DNA from: Candidatus Cloacimonadales bacterium
GTDB lineage: Bacteria > Cloacimonadota > Cloacimonadia > G963667145
Assembly: GCA_965140615.1 (NCBI GenBank)
Contig: OZ223280.1
Coordinates: 770,763 to 834,762, forward strand
Direction of reading: 5' to 3'
Length of the DNA: 64,000 nt
Shown: in pieces, positions 38,524 to 48,674 of the stretch
How positions within the stretch are numbered: the stretch's first letter is position 1
Layout: the number at the start of each line of letters is the position of its first letter
Translations under genes and position numbers: made by a program
Notes under the pieces: model-generated
Databases searched by the model: none
What the model was told of the DNA's origin: nothing
The model's input: the letters and a program-made list of their open reading frames with translations, nothing else

Positions 38524-40023
38524 ATGAGCGTGAAACAGTGGTGTGAGAAGGTGATAAAGCAAGATGAGATAGACAAATTTCTGGTTAATGGCGAGGACTT
38601 CATAGATGAGCAGAAGATTTGGGGACAGATAGAGGATGCTGCTAACCCGAGCACTGAGGAAATTCGGGCTATTATCGCTAAAGCGTTGTCTATCCAGACG
38701 CTGACACCGCAAGAGACGGCTAAGCTCATAAACCTGAAAGACGAAGCTCTTTGGCAAGAGGTTTATCAGGCAGCTGGCGAGATTAAGCGGAAAGTTTACG
38801 ACAATCGGATAGTCTTCTTTGCTCCGCTGTATGTGGCGAATTTATGCGTAAATAATTGCAGTTACTGTGGATTTAAGAGCGATAATTTGGCAGAGGTGCG
38901 TAAAATATTGACCATGGACGAGGTGAAGAAAGAGACTGTTGCTGTGGTGGACGAGGGACACAAGCGGTTGATCTTGGTCTTTGGCGAGCATCCAAAGTCG
39001 GATGTAAACTATATGCAGAAGGTGGTGGAGGCTGTCTATAGCGTGAAGAGGAAGACGCCCAAAGGCACGGGCTATAACAATATTCGCCGAGTTAACATCA
39101 ACGCCGCTCCGATGTGTACCGAAGATTTGAAAAAAATAAAAGCCGCAGGCATAGGCACTTATCAAGTTTTCCAAGAGACTTATCACAAAGAGACCTACGC
39201 CAAGATGCATCCAGCGGGTACGATAAAGGGCAACTATCGCTGGCGACTATATGCGATGCACAGAGCCATGGACGCTGGCATAGACGATATGGCGATAGGT
39301 GCTTTATTCGGTCTTTATGATTGGCGGTTTGAGGTGATGGGATTGGTGCACCACGCACACGATTTGGAAAGACAAACGGGCATAGGTCCGCACACCATCT
39401 CTTTTCCACGGTTGCAAGAGGCACTGGGAGCAGAAGCTAGCAAAAACTCGAAATATTTGGTAAGCGACGCCGACTTTAAGAAACTCGTGGCGATTCTTCG
39501 CTTGTCTGTGCCTTACACAGGGATGATAATAACAGCAAGAGAGAGCCAGGAGATGAGGAAGCAGATGATGGCTATCGGTTGCACGCAGACAGACGCTTCG
39601 ACTAAGATAGGCGTGGGTGCGTACAGCTCACAGCAGTTGCAAGACGATAACCCCGACAAAGTACAGTTCATGCTCAAAGATGAGTCATCACTGGACTATA
39701 CGGTGGGTGAGTACGCCAAGATGGGCTACATCAGCTCCTTTTGCACGGCAGGCTACAGGTGCGGTCGCACTGGGGACAAAATTATGGGACTCTTGCGGAG
39801 TTGCACGGAGGGCAAGTTTTGTAAGCTCAATGCGGTGTTGACCTTCCGAGAGTTCCTCAACGACTACGCTAGCCCTCAGACGGTGGCAGCGGGTGAAAAG
39901 GTCATCCAAAAAGAGCTCGAAGAGATTAAGAAAACGCCTTTCTTCCAAGAGCACAACTTGCTGGAGATTTTTTTCAAAGATTACGATAAAACTCTACAAG
40001 GCGAGCGAGACCTGTACCTCTAG
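38524..40023 (+). CDS. hydG: [FeFe]-hydrogenase maturase HydG
   Basis: FAPLY..N.CVNNCSYC, IRRVNIN, FQETYH, PHTISFPR and the C-terminal CX5CX19C motif. Confidence 0.96.
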   Translation: MSVKQWCEKVIKQDEIDKFLVNGEDFIDEQKIWGQIEDAANPSTEEIRAIIAKALSIQTLTPQETAKLINLKDEALWQEVYQAAGEIKRKVYDNRIVFFAPLYVANLCVNNCSYCGFKSDNLAEVRKILTMDEVKKETVAVVDEGHKRLILVFGEHPKSDVNYMQKVVEAVYSVKRKTPKGTGYNNIRRVNINAAPMCTEDLKKIKAAGIGTYQVFQETYHKETYAKMHPAGTIKGNYRWRLYAMHRAMDAGIDDMAIGALFGLYDWRFEVMGLVHHAHDLERQTGIGPHTISFPRLQEALGAEASKNSKYLVSDADFKKLVAILRLSVPYTGMIITARESQEMRKQMMAIGCTQTDASTKIGVGAYSSQQLQDDNPDKVQFMLKDESSLDYTVGEYAKMGYISSFCTAGYRCGRTGDKIMGLLRSCTEGKFCKLNAVLTFREFLNDYASPQTVAAGEKVIQKELEEIKKTPFFQEHNLLEIFFKDYDKTLQGERDLYL

Positions 40024-40620
40024 ATGAACTGCTTTCGAGAAATTTTGACCGCGGGTGTGGATGAAGCTGGCAGAGGACCGTTGGCTGGACCAGTGGTGGT
40101 GGCAGCGGTCATTTTGGACAAGCAAAATCCAATAGAGGGTTTGGACGATTCCAAAAAGCTCTCGCCCAAGAAGAGAGAAAAGCTCTACGATGAAATAGTG
40201 AGCAAAGCTTTGGCTTACTCGGTGGTGGAGGTCAGTGCTGCAGATATAGATGAGATTAACATTTTGCAGGCGACCCTGCAGGGGATGAGTATGGCGGTGA
40301 AGCAGCTATCGCCCAAGCCAGAGCTTGTGTTGATTGACGGCAATCAAGTGCCAAAAGATTTGGTGGATATTGCGAAAGCTGTTGTTGGAGGCGACAGACT
40401 GCACAAATGCATCTCAGCGGCATCAATTCTGGCTAAGGTGGCTCGCGACCGACTTATGCTTGCTTTTGCTCGAGAATACCCGCAATTTGGCTTCGAGAAG
40501 CATAAAGGATACCCGACCAAGGCACACAGAGAAGCACTGAAAAAGTTTGGAGCTTGCCCCATACACAGGAAAAGTTACCAGCCAGTGCGGGAAGTACTGG
40601 AACTAGACCAGAAAGTTTGA
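40024..40620 (+). CDS. rnhB: Ribonuclease HII
   Basis: GVDEAGRGPLAGPV, DDSKKL, AASILAKVARD and HKGYPT motifs. Confidence 0.97.
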   Translation: MNCFREILTAGVDEAGRGPLAGPVVVAAVILDKQNPIEGLDDSKKLSPKKREKLYDEIVSKALAYSVVEVSAADIDEINILQATLQGMSMAVKQLSPKPELVLIDGNQVPKDLVDIAKAVVGGDRLHKCISAASILAKVARDRLMLAFAREYPQFGFEKHKGYPTKAHREALKKFGACPIHRKSYQPVREVLELDQKV

Positions 40621-40665
40621 AAAATCTTGACAAGTTTCTTGAGGGTAAAAATTTGCGATTAACAT

Positions 40666-40702
40666 ACCCTTCGGGCCTCTGACATAAGCTCACTCGAGGG
40701 GT
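40666..40702 (+). ncRNA. Candidate abiF-associated RNA hairpin (putative RNA antitoxin / cis element)
   Basis: 10-bp stem ACCCTTCGGG/CTCGAGGGGT with a 17-nt interior, directly upstream of abiF; TTGACA at 40627. Confidence 0.55.
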
Positions 40703-40711
40703 TTTATTTTT

Positions 40712-41596
40712 ATGAAATATTCTAAAAAGCCTTTAACTTTGGAGCAGCAAGCAGATCTTCTCTTGAAAAGGGGTTTACTGGCTGACAAAAACAACTTAGT
40801 AAATATATTAAGATCTATCAACTATTACCGTTTGAGCGGTTATCTTTATCCTTTTAGAGAGCGAAGTTCTAACTTTTTTGTAAAAAATACAAAACTAGAG
40901 GATATTATAGAGATTTATGATTTCGACAAGAGCCTGAGATTTTTGTTGTTCGAGGGATTAAAGAAAATCGAAATCTATTTTAAAACACAAGTTGCTTACA
41001 TTTTTTCGCACAGATACTCGTGTTTTGACTACTCAAAGAAAGACTGTTTTCCAAATATGACAGAAGACTCTTTTTCTAAATTTTTTGCAAAAATTAAGAA
41101 CGAAATGAGAAGAAGTAAAGAGAGTTTTGTAAGGCATTTTTTTGAAAGATATGGTAATTGTCACGAGATTTTACCGCTTTGGATGGCAGTAGAACTTTTT
41201 TCTTTTGGCTCAATAAGTTTGTTTTTTAGTGGTTTAGATAACTCTTTAAAAACGGAAATTGCTCGTATTTTTAGGGTTAATCATTTTGTTTTGGCTAGCT
41301 GGATTAAAAGTTTTTGCTATGTCAGGAATCTTTGTGCTCATCATTCTCGCTTGTGGAATAGACAGTTAGCGATAAAACCGAAAATTCCTAAAAAGTATAA
41401 TTACTTGAAGGACTTGGGGCTACGAAATGACAAGCTTTTTTTTGTTTTTTTGCTTATGTGTAAAATAGTTGAGGAGATTGATTTTTCTTGCGAATGGACA
41501 AAGAAAGCAAGGACTTTATTTTTGGGGGAAAGTAATTTTCATAAAGAAATGGGTTTCATAAAAAAATGGGAAAAATATTTTGATGAAATTGATTAA
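40712..41596 (+). CDS. Abi family (AbiD/AbiF, Abi_2) HEPN protein
   Basis: K.PLT.EQQ..LL..RGL, INYYRLSGY, YDFD..LR, PLW.AVE..SFG and RNLCAHHSRLWN motifs; AT-rich. Confidence 0.92.
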   Translation: MKYSKKPLTLEQQADLLLKRGLLADKNNLVNILRSINYYRLSGYLYPFRERSSNFFVKNTKLEDIIEIYDFDKSLRFLLFEGLKKIEIYFKTQVAYIFSHRYSCFDYSKKDCFPNMTEDSFSKFFAKIKNEMRRSKESFVRHFFERYGNCHEILPLWMAVELFSFGSISLFFSGLDNSLKTEIARIFRVNHFVLASWIKSFCYVRNLCAHHSRLWNRQLAIKPKIPKKYNYLKDLGLRNDKLFFVFLLMCKIVEEIDFSCEWTKKARTLFLGESNFHKEMGFIKKWEKYFDEID

Positions 41597-42548
41597 AGTC
41601 GTTTTTCTTAACGAAACCTTTTTGCGGGAAGAACATCTTGCTCAGTTGCAAAAACTGGTGGAAGTGCAAACTTATGTGGACACAGATACTTTGCAGAAAG
41701 CTCAGAAAAGGTTGGAAGGCGTTGATATTGCCGTGATTGATAGTTTTGTGCTAAATCTTGATGAGAAGTTTTTTTGTAGTTGTTCTCACCTATATTTGGT
41801 GGTAATCAATTCAACTGGTTACGACAAGGTTGATTTACAAGCGGCGAAAAAATATGGTGTGCAGGTGGCGAACACGCCTGATTTTTCTAGTAACTCTGTA
41901 GCGGAGTTGAACCTTGCACTGATTTTTTCTTTGGCTCGTAAGCTACAAGTTTTGGACAAAAATTTTAGAAAAAATCCTGCAAAACCGGACTGCGACCCTT
42001 TCAACCCTGAGATGTCGCCGTTTTTTGGCATAGAGGTTGCAGGTAAAACTTTGGGTACAATCGGGTTGGGTAATATTGGTAAGGCTTTAGCCCAAAAAGC
42101 AAAAGGATTGGGGATGCAGGTATTGGCTTACACGAGAACGCCCAAGGACGCAGAAGCTGTGACTTGCGTCGATTTGCAGACATTGCTTGCCAAGAGCGAC
42201 TTTGTAGCTATAAACACCCCGTTGACTGCTGAAACTAGGGCGATGATAGGGCAAAGAGAGCTAAAGACGATGAAGAGGTCGGCATACTTGATAAACACAG
42301 CTAGAGCTGGTATAGTGCAGCTAGAGGCTTTAACTGAGGCTCTGAAGCGAAGGACAATAGCTGGAGCGGGCTTGGAGGTGGTGGAGGCTTTACCCAAAGG
42401 ACACCCTCTTTTGCAGATGGAGAATGTTGCTTTTAGTTGGCACAGTGGCTCTCTAACTTACGAAGCCAGCAAAAAAAACTTGCCCGTTACTGTCGTGAAG
42501 ACGGTTCTTGCTTTCGTGCAGGGTAGTCCGATAAATGTGCTAACTTAA
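41580..42548 (+). CDS. D-isomer specific 2-hydroxyacid dehydrogenase
   Basis: TGYDKVD, SVAE, GTIGLGNIG and LINTARA motifs. Confidence 0.9.
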   Translation: MMKLIKVVFLNETFLREEHLAQLQKLVEVQTYVDTDTLQKAQKRLEGVDIAVIDSFVLNLDEKFFCSCSHLYLVVINSTGYDKVDLQAAKKYGVQVANTPDFSSNSVAELNLALIFSLARKLQVLDKNFRKNPAKPDCDPFNPEMSPFFGIEVAGKTLGTIGLGNIGKALAQKAKGLGMQVLAYTRTPKDAEAVTCVDLQTLLAKSDFVAINTPLTAETRAMIGQRELKTMKRSAYLINTARAGIVQLEALTEALKRRTIAGAGLEVVEALPKGHPLLQMENVAFSWHSGSLTYEASKKNLPVTVVKTVLAFVQGSPINVLT

Positions 42549-42575
42549 CAATAATGAAACTTTTAAGGAGTAAAA

Positions 42576-43301
42576 ATGGAAAATAAAAAAAATATAGCTC
42601 TATTGATAGATTGCGATAATGTGAGTGCCAAATCTATAGATGGAGTGCTAGAAGAACTTGCCAAGGAAGGAGTTACGAACATCCGCAGAGCTTATGGTAA
42701 CTGGAAATCGTCAAGGCTAAAAAGCTGGGAAGATCAGCTCCATCGGCAAGCTATTTTGCCAGTGCAACAGTTCGATTACACCAAGGGGAAGAACGCCACG
42801 GATGCTGCAATGATAATCGATGCGATGGACATCTTGTACTCCAAGAATGTGGACGGCTTTGCTTTGATGACCAGCGATAGCGACTTCACACCTTTGGTGA
42901 TGAGGCTTTTGTCCAACGGTTGCACGGTCTATGGGTTTGGCGAAAAGAAAACGCCAGAGCCGTTTGTGAACGCTTGCTCGCGGTTTATTTACACTGAAAA
43001 TCTGGAAGAGAGCGAAGAGGAAGAGACTAAGCAAGCTGGGAAGTCTAAGAAGTTTACCAAAGAGCGACTTAGGTCGGACACCAAGCTGGTAAGGTTGCTC
43101 AGAACGGGCGTGGAGCAGATTTGCGATGACGACGGCTGGGCGAATTTGGCTACGGTGGGGCAGTACATCTCGAATAACTCCTCTTTTTCGCCTTTGAATT
43201 ACGGCTATAAGAAGCTCAGCGATTTGGTGCGAGTTTCAGGGCTTTTTGAGATTAACAATGTGAAGGGCAAGGGATTACACATCAAAGATAGTCGTGATTA
43301 A
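42576..43301 (+). CDS. NYN (PIN-like) domain + OST-HTH protein
   Basis: LIDCDN, RRAYGNW, GKNATD and TSDSDF motifs; C-terminal GWANL...NYGYKKLSDL. Confidence 0.92.
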   Translation: MENKKNIALLIDCDNVSAKSIDGVLEELAKEGVTNIRRAYGNWKSSRLKSWEDQLHRQAILPVQQFDYTKGKNATDAAMIIDAMDILYSKNVDGFALMTSDSDFTPLVMRLLSNGCTVYGFGEKKTPEPFVNACSRFIYTENLEESEEEETKQAGKSKKFTKERLRSDTKLVRLLRTGVEQICDDDGWANLATVGQYISNNSSFSPLNYGYKKLSDLVRVSGLFEINNVKGKGLHIKDSRD

Positions 43302-43332
43302 ACATACTTGAAGAGAGTTGAAATTTTATTTT

Positions 43333-43346
43333 GTTGACAAGTCAAC
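43333..43346. promoter_or_regulatory. Putative MarR operator overlapping the -35 box
   Basis: Perfect inverted repeat GTTGAC-AA-GTCAAC containing TTGACA, 23 bp upstream of marR. Confidence 0.65.
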
Positions 43347-43369
43347 TAAATAAAAAAGAGTGTCTGCCT

Positions 43370-43810
43370 ATGGAAAAAGAAAAAAGTTTAGGCAGATGTT
43401 TTGGAAAAGCTCATCGAGCACAGGCAAAATATTTGGACGAGTTGCTAAAGCCTTATGGTCTTTGGCATGGGCAGTTATTTTTGCTCAAGCACATTTTGAG
43501 CGGAGAGATCAAGTGCCACAAGGAACTTTGCCGTAATCGCTTGATAGACAAGGCTGCTGTGAGCCGAGCCGTTAGTAAGTTGGCGGACAGTGGCTATCTG
43601 CAAAAGCAAACAGACCCTGAGGATAGACGCAAGAGCGTACTTTTGCCGACCCAAAAATCGCAAAAGTTTGCTCCTGTTTTGCAAGAGTTGTTGGACTCTT
43701 TCCAGAAGAGGGCTTTGCGAGGATTTTCTCCAGACGAAGAAGAAAAACTTTTCGAGTTTTTGGAAAGATTGAGCAAAAATCTAGCCCAAGGAGAGCAAGA
43801 TGCAGGCTGA
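43370..43810 (+). CDS. MarR family regulator
   Basis: DKAAVSRAV..L...GY and D.EDRR wing motifs; precedes MATE pumps. Confidence 0.92.
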   Translation: MEKEKSLGRCFGKAHRAQAKYLDELLKPYGLWHGQLFLLKHILSGEIKCHKELCRNRLIDKAAVSRAVSKLADSGYLQKQTDPEDRRKSVLLPTQKSQKFAPVLQELLDSFQKRALRGFSPDEEEKLFEFLERLSKNLAQGEQDAG

Positions 43811-45164
43811 AAAAACGGCACGATTGGGCACTGCTCCTGAGTTTAGTTTGCTGATGAAGATGTCTGTCCCAGCGATGATGGGGATGCTGGTGCAGGCGAC
43901 TTATAGTATCGTTGATAGCATTTTCGTGGGGCATTTTTCTGTGTTGGCTTTGTCCGCTTTGAGCTTGTGTTTTCCTATCCAGATGATAGTGATGGTGGTG
44001 GGTGTTGGCATTGGGGTGGGTAGCTCTTCGCTCATCTCTCGCACCTTGGGCAAAAAAGAGAACGAGCAAGCCAATAACATCGCTTTGCATAGCTTTTCTC
44101 TGGTTGTTTTTTTTGGTTTATTGACGACGATTTTCGCAGGGTTTGGCAGTGGTTACATTTTGCGGCTTTTTGTTTCTGATGGTCAGCTTTTGGCGATGTC
44201 GGAAGAGTATTTACAGATTATTCTTTATGGCTCTTTTTTTGTCTATCTGCCGATGGTGCTAAACAATGTCTTGCGGGCTGAGGGTAACACTCTAGTACCG
44301 ATGTTGACGATGTTTGTGGGTGCTTTTTTGAATATCGGGTTAGACCCGCTTTTTATTTACGGAATAGGTTTTTTCCCTGAGATGGGAGTGAAGGGAGCAG
44401 CTCTGGCGACGGTGATTTCCAGAGTTGTCAACTCGCTTTTTATCTTGGGTGTGTTTTATTGGGGGAAAAATCAAATCTCGCTCAAGCTGAAGTTTTTTAA
44501 ACTTGACTGGAGCGTTTACAAGGGGATTTTCTCCGTGGGTTTTCCTGTGTGTTTAATGCAACTTTTCGGGAGCATTACCATGGCAGGAGCTAATAAGATT
44601 TTGAGCTATTATGGGACAGAGCCTTTGGCAGTGCTAGGGCTTTTTTATCGGTTGCAGGCGTTTATCTTGATGCCAGTGTATGGGCTTGGTCAAGGGCTTA
44701 TGCCGATTATTGGTTACAATTTTGGTCATAAAAATCCACGGCGGATAGTCAATGTTATGAAGATTTCTTTTGTTTTGGGAAGCGTTATTTGTTTGCTAGG
44801 TTTTTTGGTGATGAGATTTTTCCCTGAGCAGTTGCTGGCGATGTTTGGAGCTGGGCAGAGTGTGATGCAGATGGGCAAGGTCGCCTTTGAGTCGGCGAGC
44901 TACGGCACGCCTTTTGTGGCTGTGCTGATGCTAGGGGGTATGGTGTTTCAGGCTTTGGGTATGGGTGCTCCATCATTAGTGTCCACCCTAATTCGTCAGG
45001 TTGTGGTGCTTTTCCCTGTGATGTGGTTCCTGAGTAGTCGCTTTGGCTTGGAAAAGCTTTGGTTCTCTATTCCGATATCCACTTTTGCCGCTTTTGCTTT
45101 TATGGTGTGTTTGTTAATCTTGATTGTCCCGAGTAAGTTACGCTCTATTACCCAGAGCTGTTAA
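43800..45164 (+). CDS. MATE family efflux transporter
   Basis: YSIVDSIFVG, LRAEG, NIGLDPLFI, GVKGAALATVI and GYNFG motifs. Confidence 0.93.
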   Translation: MQAEKTARLGTAPEFSLLMKMSVPAMMGMLVQATYSIVDSIFVGHFSVLALSALSLCFPIQMIVMVVGVGIGVGSSSLISRTLGKKENEQANNIALHSFSLVVFFGLLTTIFAGFGSGYILRLFVSDGQLLAMSEEYLQIILYGSFFVYLPMVLNNVLRAEGNTLVPMLTMFVGAFLNIGLDPLFIYGIGFFPEMGVKGAALATVISRVVNSLFILGVFYWGKNQISLKLKFFKLDWSVYKGIFSVGFPVCLMQLFGSITMAGANKILSYYGTEPLAVLGLFYRLQAFILMPVYGLGQGLMPIIGYNFGHKNPRRIVNVMKISFVLGSVICLLGFLVMRFFPEQLLAMFGAGQSVMQMGKVAFESASYGTPFVAVLMLGGMVFQALGMGAPSLVSTLIRQVVVLFPVMWFLSSRFGLEKLWFSIPISTFAAFAFMVCLLILIVPSKLRSITQSC

Positions 45165-45175
45165 GGAGATAAAGA

Positions 45176-46540
45176 GTGCAGAAAGAGAAGACTAAGAGGA
45201 TGGGGACCGCTCCCGAGTGGGGATTGCTGATCAAGCTGTCTGTGCCTGCGGTGATAGGGCTTTCGGTGCAGGCTTTGTACAATGTGGTGGACAGTGTGTT
45301 TGTGGCTCATTACTCCACGGAAGCGTTGTCGGCTCTCACGCTTTGCTTCCCTGTGCAGTTGGTGCTCATCTCTTTGGCTGTGGGGCTAGAGGTCGGTGGG
45401 AACTCGCTGATATCTCGACTGCTGGGAGCTAATAGGCTTACTAGAGCCAACGAGGCTGCGGAGCATTTGCTGGGCTTGATTTTTATTTTCGGAGTGGTTT
45501 CCGCTTTGGCAGGTGCTTTTTTTAGCAGAGAGTTGATTGCGATTTTTAGTAACGACCCGCAGCTACTAGTTCTTGGAGAGGAGTATTTGCGGATTATTCT
45601 TTTGGGTTCTGTTACGGTGTATATCCCGATGGTGCTGTGTGGGGTTTTGCGAGCGGAAGGGAACGCCATCGTGCCGATGGTTACGATGATTTTGGGGGGC
45701 TTGCTCAACATTGCCCTAGACCCTTGGTTTATCTATGGTGGCTGGGGGCTAGCACCTATGGGTGTGGCAGGAGCTGCGTGGGCGACTGTGTTAGCAAGAA
45801 CTGTCTCTAGCCTTTTTGTGATATTTGTGCTTTTGCGTGGGAATAACCAAATATCGGTGAAAAAGTTTCACCTTGCTTTCGATTATCGGTTGATTTTGGA
45901 GATTTTCAAAGTTGGCTTCCCGATCACGATGGTGGAGTTTTTGGGCAGTGTGATGATGGCTGGAGCTAACAAAGTTGTAGGTGTTTTTGGCATAAACGCT
46001 TTGGCAGCTCTGGGGATATACTTTCGGTTGCATCTTTTTGTCTTGTTGCCAGTGCTGGGGATAGGACAAGGGCTGATGCCGATAGTGGGCTACAACTATG
46101 GACACCGGCAGATGAGCAGAGTGAAAAACACCATAAGGCACGGTTTGGTGCTGGGTAGTCTGGTTTGTGTTTTTGGATTTGTTTTGTTTTTTGGGTTTCC
46201 AGAGTTACTTTTGGCTCTATTCGGAGCGGAGGGAGAGCTCCTGCAAATAGGGATTTCTGTGCTAAGAATATCCAGTTTGGGCTTTCCTTTATTGGGGGTG
46301 AGTGTTATCTTGAGCCTTTCATTTCAGGGGTTTGGGGTCGGCTATCCACCTTTGGTGGAGTCTTTAATTCGCCAAATTGTCGTGCTTTTACCAGCGATGT
46401 GGTTTTTGGGTAATATGTACGGATTGTCTGGGATTTGGTACGCAATTCCTTTGTCCGAGGTGTTTTCGTTTTTGATAATTGTGGGCTTTACGATAGTTTT
46501 GATGCCCAAACTTTTTGCCAAGCAAGAGGCGTTAAATTAG
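45176..46540 (+). CDS. MATE family efflux transporter (tandem paralog)
   Basis: Same motifs and the same 454-aa length as the upstream gene. Confidence 0.93.
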   Translation: MQKEKTKRMGTAPEWGLLIKLSVPAVIGLSVQALYNVVDSVFVAHYSTEALSALTLCFPVQLVLISLAVGLEVGGNSLISRLLGANRLTRANEAAEHLLGLIFIFGVVSALAGAFFSRELIAIFSNDPQLLVLGEEYLRIILLGSVTVYIPMVLCGVLRAEGNAIVPMVTMILGGLLNIALDPWFIYGGWGLAPMGVAGAAWATVLARTVSSLFVIFVLLRGNNQISVKKFHLAFDYRLILEIFKVGFPITMVEFLGSVMMAGANKVVGVFGINALAALGIYFRLHLFVLLPVLGIGQGLMPIVGYNYGHRQMSRVKNTIRHGLVLGSLVCVFGFVLFFGFPELLLALFGAEGELLQIGISVLRISSLGFPLLGVSVILSLSFQGFGVGYPPLVESLIRQIVVLLPAMWFLGNMYGLSGIWYAIPLSEVFSFLIIVGFTIVLMPKLFAKQEALN

Positions 46541-46622
46541 CGGTTTTTGCTGAAAATTATTGACTAATGAGGCTATGCTGGCTGGACAAGAGCAAAAGAA
46601 GATTGAGCAAGGAGAATTAGGA

Positions 46623-48659
46623 ATGGAGAAAAATAAGTATTTGGTTACTTCGGCTTTGCCTTACGCCAATGGTGATTTGCACATTGGGCATATTGCTGGA
46701 GCGTATTTGCCCGGAGATGTTTTTGTGAAGTTTTTACGACTCAAAGGGCAAGAGGTTCTTTATTTCTGCGGTTCGGACGAACACGGAGCTCCTATCTCGA
46801 TCAAAGCAGAAGCCGAGGGAAAAACGCCGCAACAGATTGTGGATTATTACCATCAGAGGATGGAAGAAGATTTTGCAGGGTTAGGCATCGAGTTTGATAA
46901 TTTTTCTGGAACGGCGAGAGCTCCGCACCACAAGTTGTCGCAACAGTTTTTTTTGAAACTCTTGGAGAAGGGGTACATCTCTACGCAGGAGTCGGAGCAG
47001 TATTATTGTGCTCAGTGCCAGAGGTTCTTGGCTGACCGTTATGTGGAGGGCATTTGTCCGCACTGTGCTGCACAAGGGGCTAGAGGCGACCAGTGTGATG
47101 CTTGCGGGAAGTTAATGGACTCTGTGGGTCTGCTAGAGCCTGTGTGCAAAATCTGTGGATCTACTCCAGAGGTGCGTAGTACAGAGCATTGGATGTTCGA
47201 TTTGCCAGCTTTTGTGCCTAGATTGCAAGAGTGGCTGGAGAGCAGAAAAGATTGGAAAGACAACATCTTGCGGTTCATCTTGGGGCTTGTCGAAGAGGGT
47301 TTACAAAAAAGGGCAGTAACCAGAGATATAGATTGGGGTGTGCCTGTGCCACTAGAGAGAGCCAACGGGAAGGTGCTGTATGTGTGGTTTGATGCACCTA
47401 TTGGCTATATCTCCAGCTCTATAGAGTACTTTGCCAAGACGGAAAATCCCGATGGTTGGCAAGATTTTTGGAAAAATCCTCAGACCAAGCTAATCCACTT
47501 CATCGGAAAAGATAACAACATCTTCCACGCTATCTTTTGGCCAGCGATGCTGATGGGACAAGACGATGGCTACATCTTGCCTTACGATATTCCAGCTAAC
47601 GAGTTCTTGAATTTGGAGGGTAATAAGCTCTCCACTAGCAAAAATTGGGCAATTTGGGTCAGAGATTTTTTGGCAGAGTTCGATGGCGAGCTTTTGCGTT
47701 ACTATTTAGCCCGCATAGCCCCAGAAAATAAAGACGCAGACTTTGTCTGGAAAGATTTTCAAGCCAAGGTGAACGGTGAGCTTGCCAACATCTTGGGCAA
47801 TCTAGCTAATAGAGTGTTTAGTTTTGCTCAGAAGAACTTTGCGGGCAAAATTTTGCGTCCTGTGCAGTTGGACGAAAAAGCAAAAGAGGTGTTGGCAGAA
47901 GCTGTTGAGATCACTCAGCAGATGGAGAAGAATTACAGTCGCTATCAGCTAAGAAAAAACGCTGAGCTGGGAATGAATATTGCTAGGTTGGGGAATAAAT
48001 ATTTCGATGAGTCTGCTCCGTGGAAAAGTGTGAAAGAGGATAAGAGTTTGGCAGAACAATCTTTGTATGTCTGCAGTGAGTTACTCAGGATGTTTAGCGT
48101 TGCTTTTGCTCCTATTTTGCCCAAGGCTTGCAGGAGATTGAGGCAGATGATGAGCCTGAGCATAGATTTTGGGTGGCAAGGTATTGGTGATTGCCAAGAT
48201 GAGTATGTGTTTGTTAATGTGAAGCCTTTGTTCCCGAGGATAGAGGACGAAAAAATCGCTGGGCAGATAGCAAAACTGCAAGAAGCTAGTCAAGTGGAGC
48301 AAAAGAGCAAATCTAATGCACCCGCTTTTAAGAAGCCGACAACTTTTGAGAATTTCTTGGCAATCGATTTGCGGGTAGGCAAGGTTTTGAGTTGTCAAGC
48401 GGTGGCAAAGTCGAAAAAGTTGCTGAAGTTGGTCGTAGATTTGGGTGCTGAAAAACGGCAAATTTTGTCGGGAATTTCAGCACATTATCCTACAAATACG
48501 CTTGTGGGCAAATCGGTGGTAGTTTTGGCTAATTTGCCAACCAGAAAGATAATGGGCTACGAGTCGCAAGGGATGATTTTGGCAGCCGAAGGCGAGGACG
48601 GTCAGTTATCGGTGCTACTTGCCGACAAGTCTATTGAGCCGGGCAGTGGCATTAATTAA
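46623..48659 (+). CDS. metG: Methionine--tRNA ligase
   Basis: ALPYANG.LHIGH, Zn knuckles, YVWFDA, KLSTS and a C-terminal tRNA-binding OB domain. Confidence 0.97.
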   Translation: MEKNKYLVTSALPYANGDLHIGHIAGAYLPGDVFVKFLRLKGQEVLYFCGSDEHGAPISIKAEAEGKTPQQIVDYYHQRMEEDFAGLGIEFDNFSGTARAPHHKLSQQFFLKLLEKGYISTQESEQYYCAQCQRFLADRYVEGICPHCAAQGARGDQCDACGKLMDSVGLLEPVCKICGSTPEVRSTEHWMFDLPAFVPRLQEWLESRKDWKDNILRFILGLVEEGLQKRAVTRDIDWGVPVPLERANGKVLYVWFDAPIGYISSSIEYFAKTENPDGWQDFWKNPQTKLIHFIGKDNNIFHAIFWPAMLMGQDDGYILPYDIPANEFLNLEGNKLSTSKNWAIWVRDFLAEFDGELLRYYLARIAPENKDADFVWKDFQAKVNGELANILGNLANRVFSFAQKNFAGKILRPVQLDEKAKEVLAEAVEITQQMEKNYSRYQLRKNAELGMNIARLGNKYFDESAPWKSVKEDKSLAEQSLYVCSELLRMFSVAFAPILPKACRRLRQMMSLSIDFGWQGIGDCQDEYVFVNVKPLFPRIEDEKIAGQIAKLQEASQVEQKSKSNAPAFKKPTTFENFLAIDLRVGKVLSCQAVAKSKKLLKLVVDLGAEKRQILSGISAHYPTNTLVGKSVVVLANLPTRKIMGYESQGMILAAEGEDGQLSVLLADKSIEPGSGIN

Positions 48660-48674
48660 TTAACTAAAGGGTAT

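Noticed and set aside
39735..39830. HydG auxiliary cluster motif CX5CX19C instead of CX2CX22C
   Set aside because: Already a known HydG variant (e.g. Thermoanaerobacter italicus).
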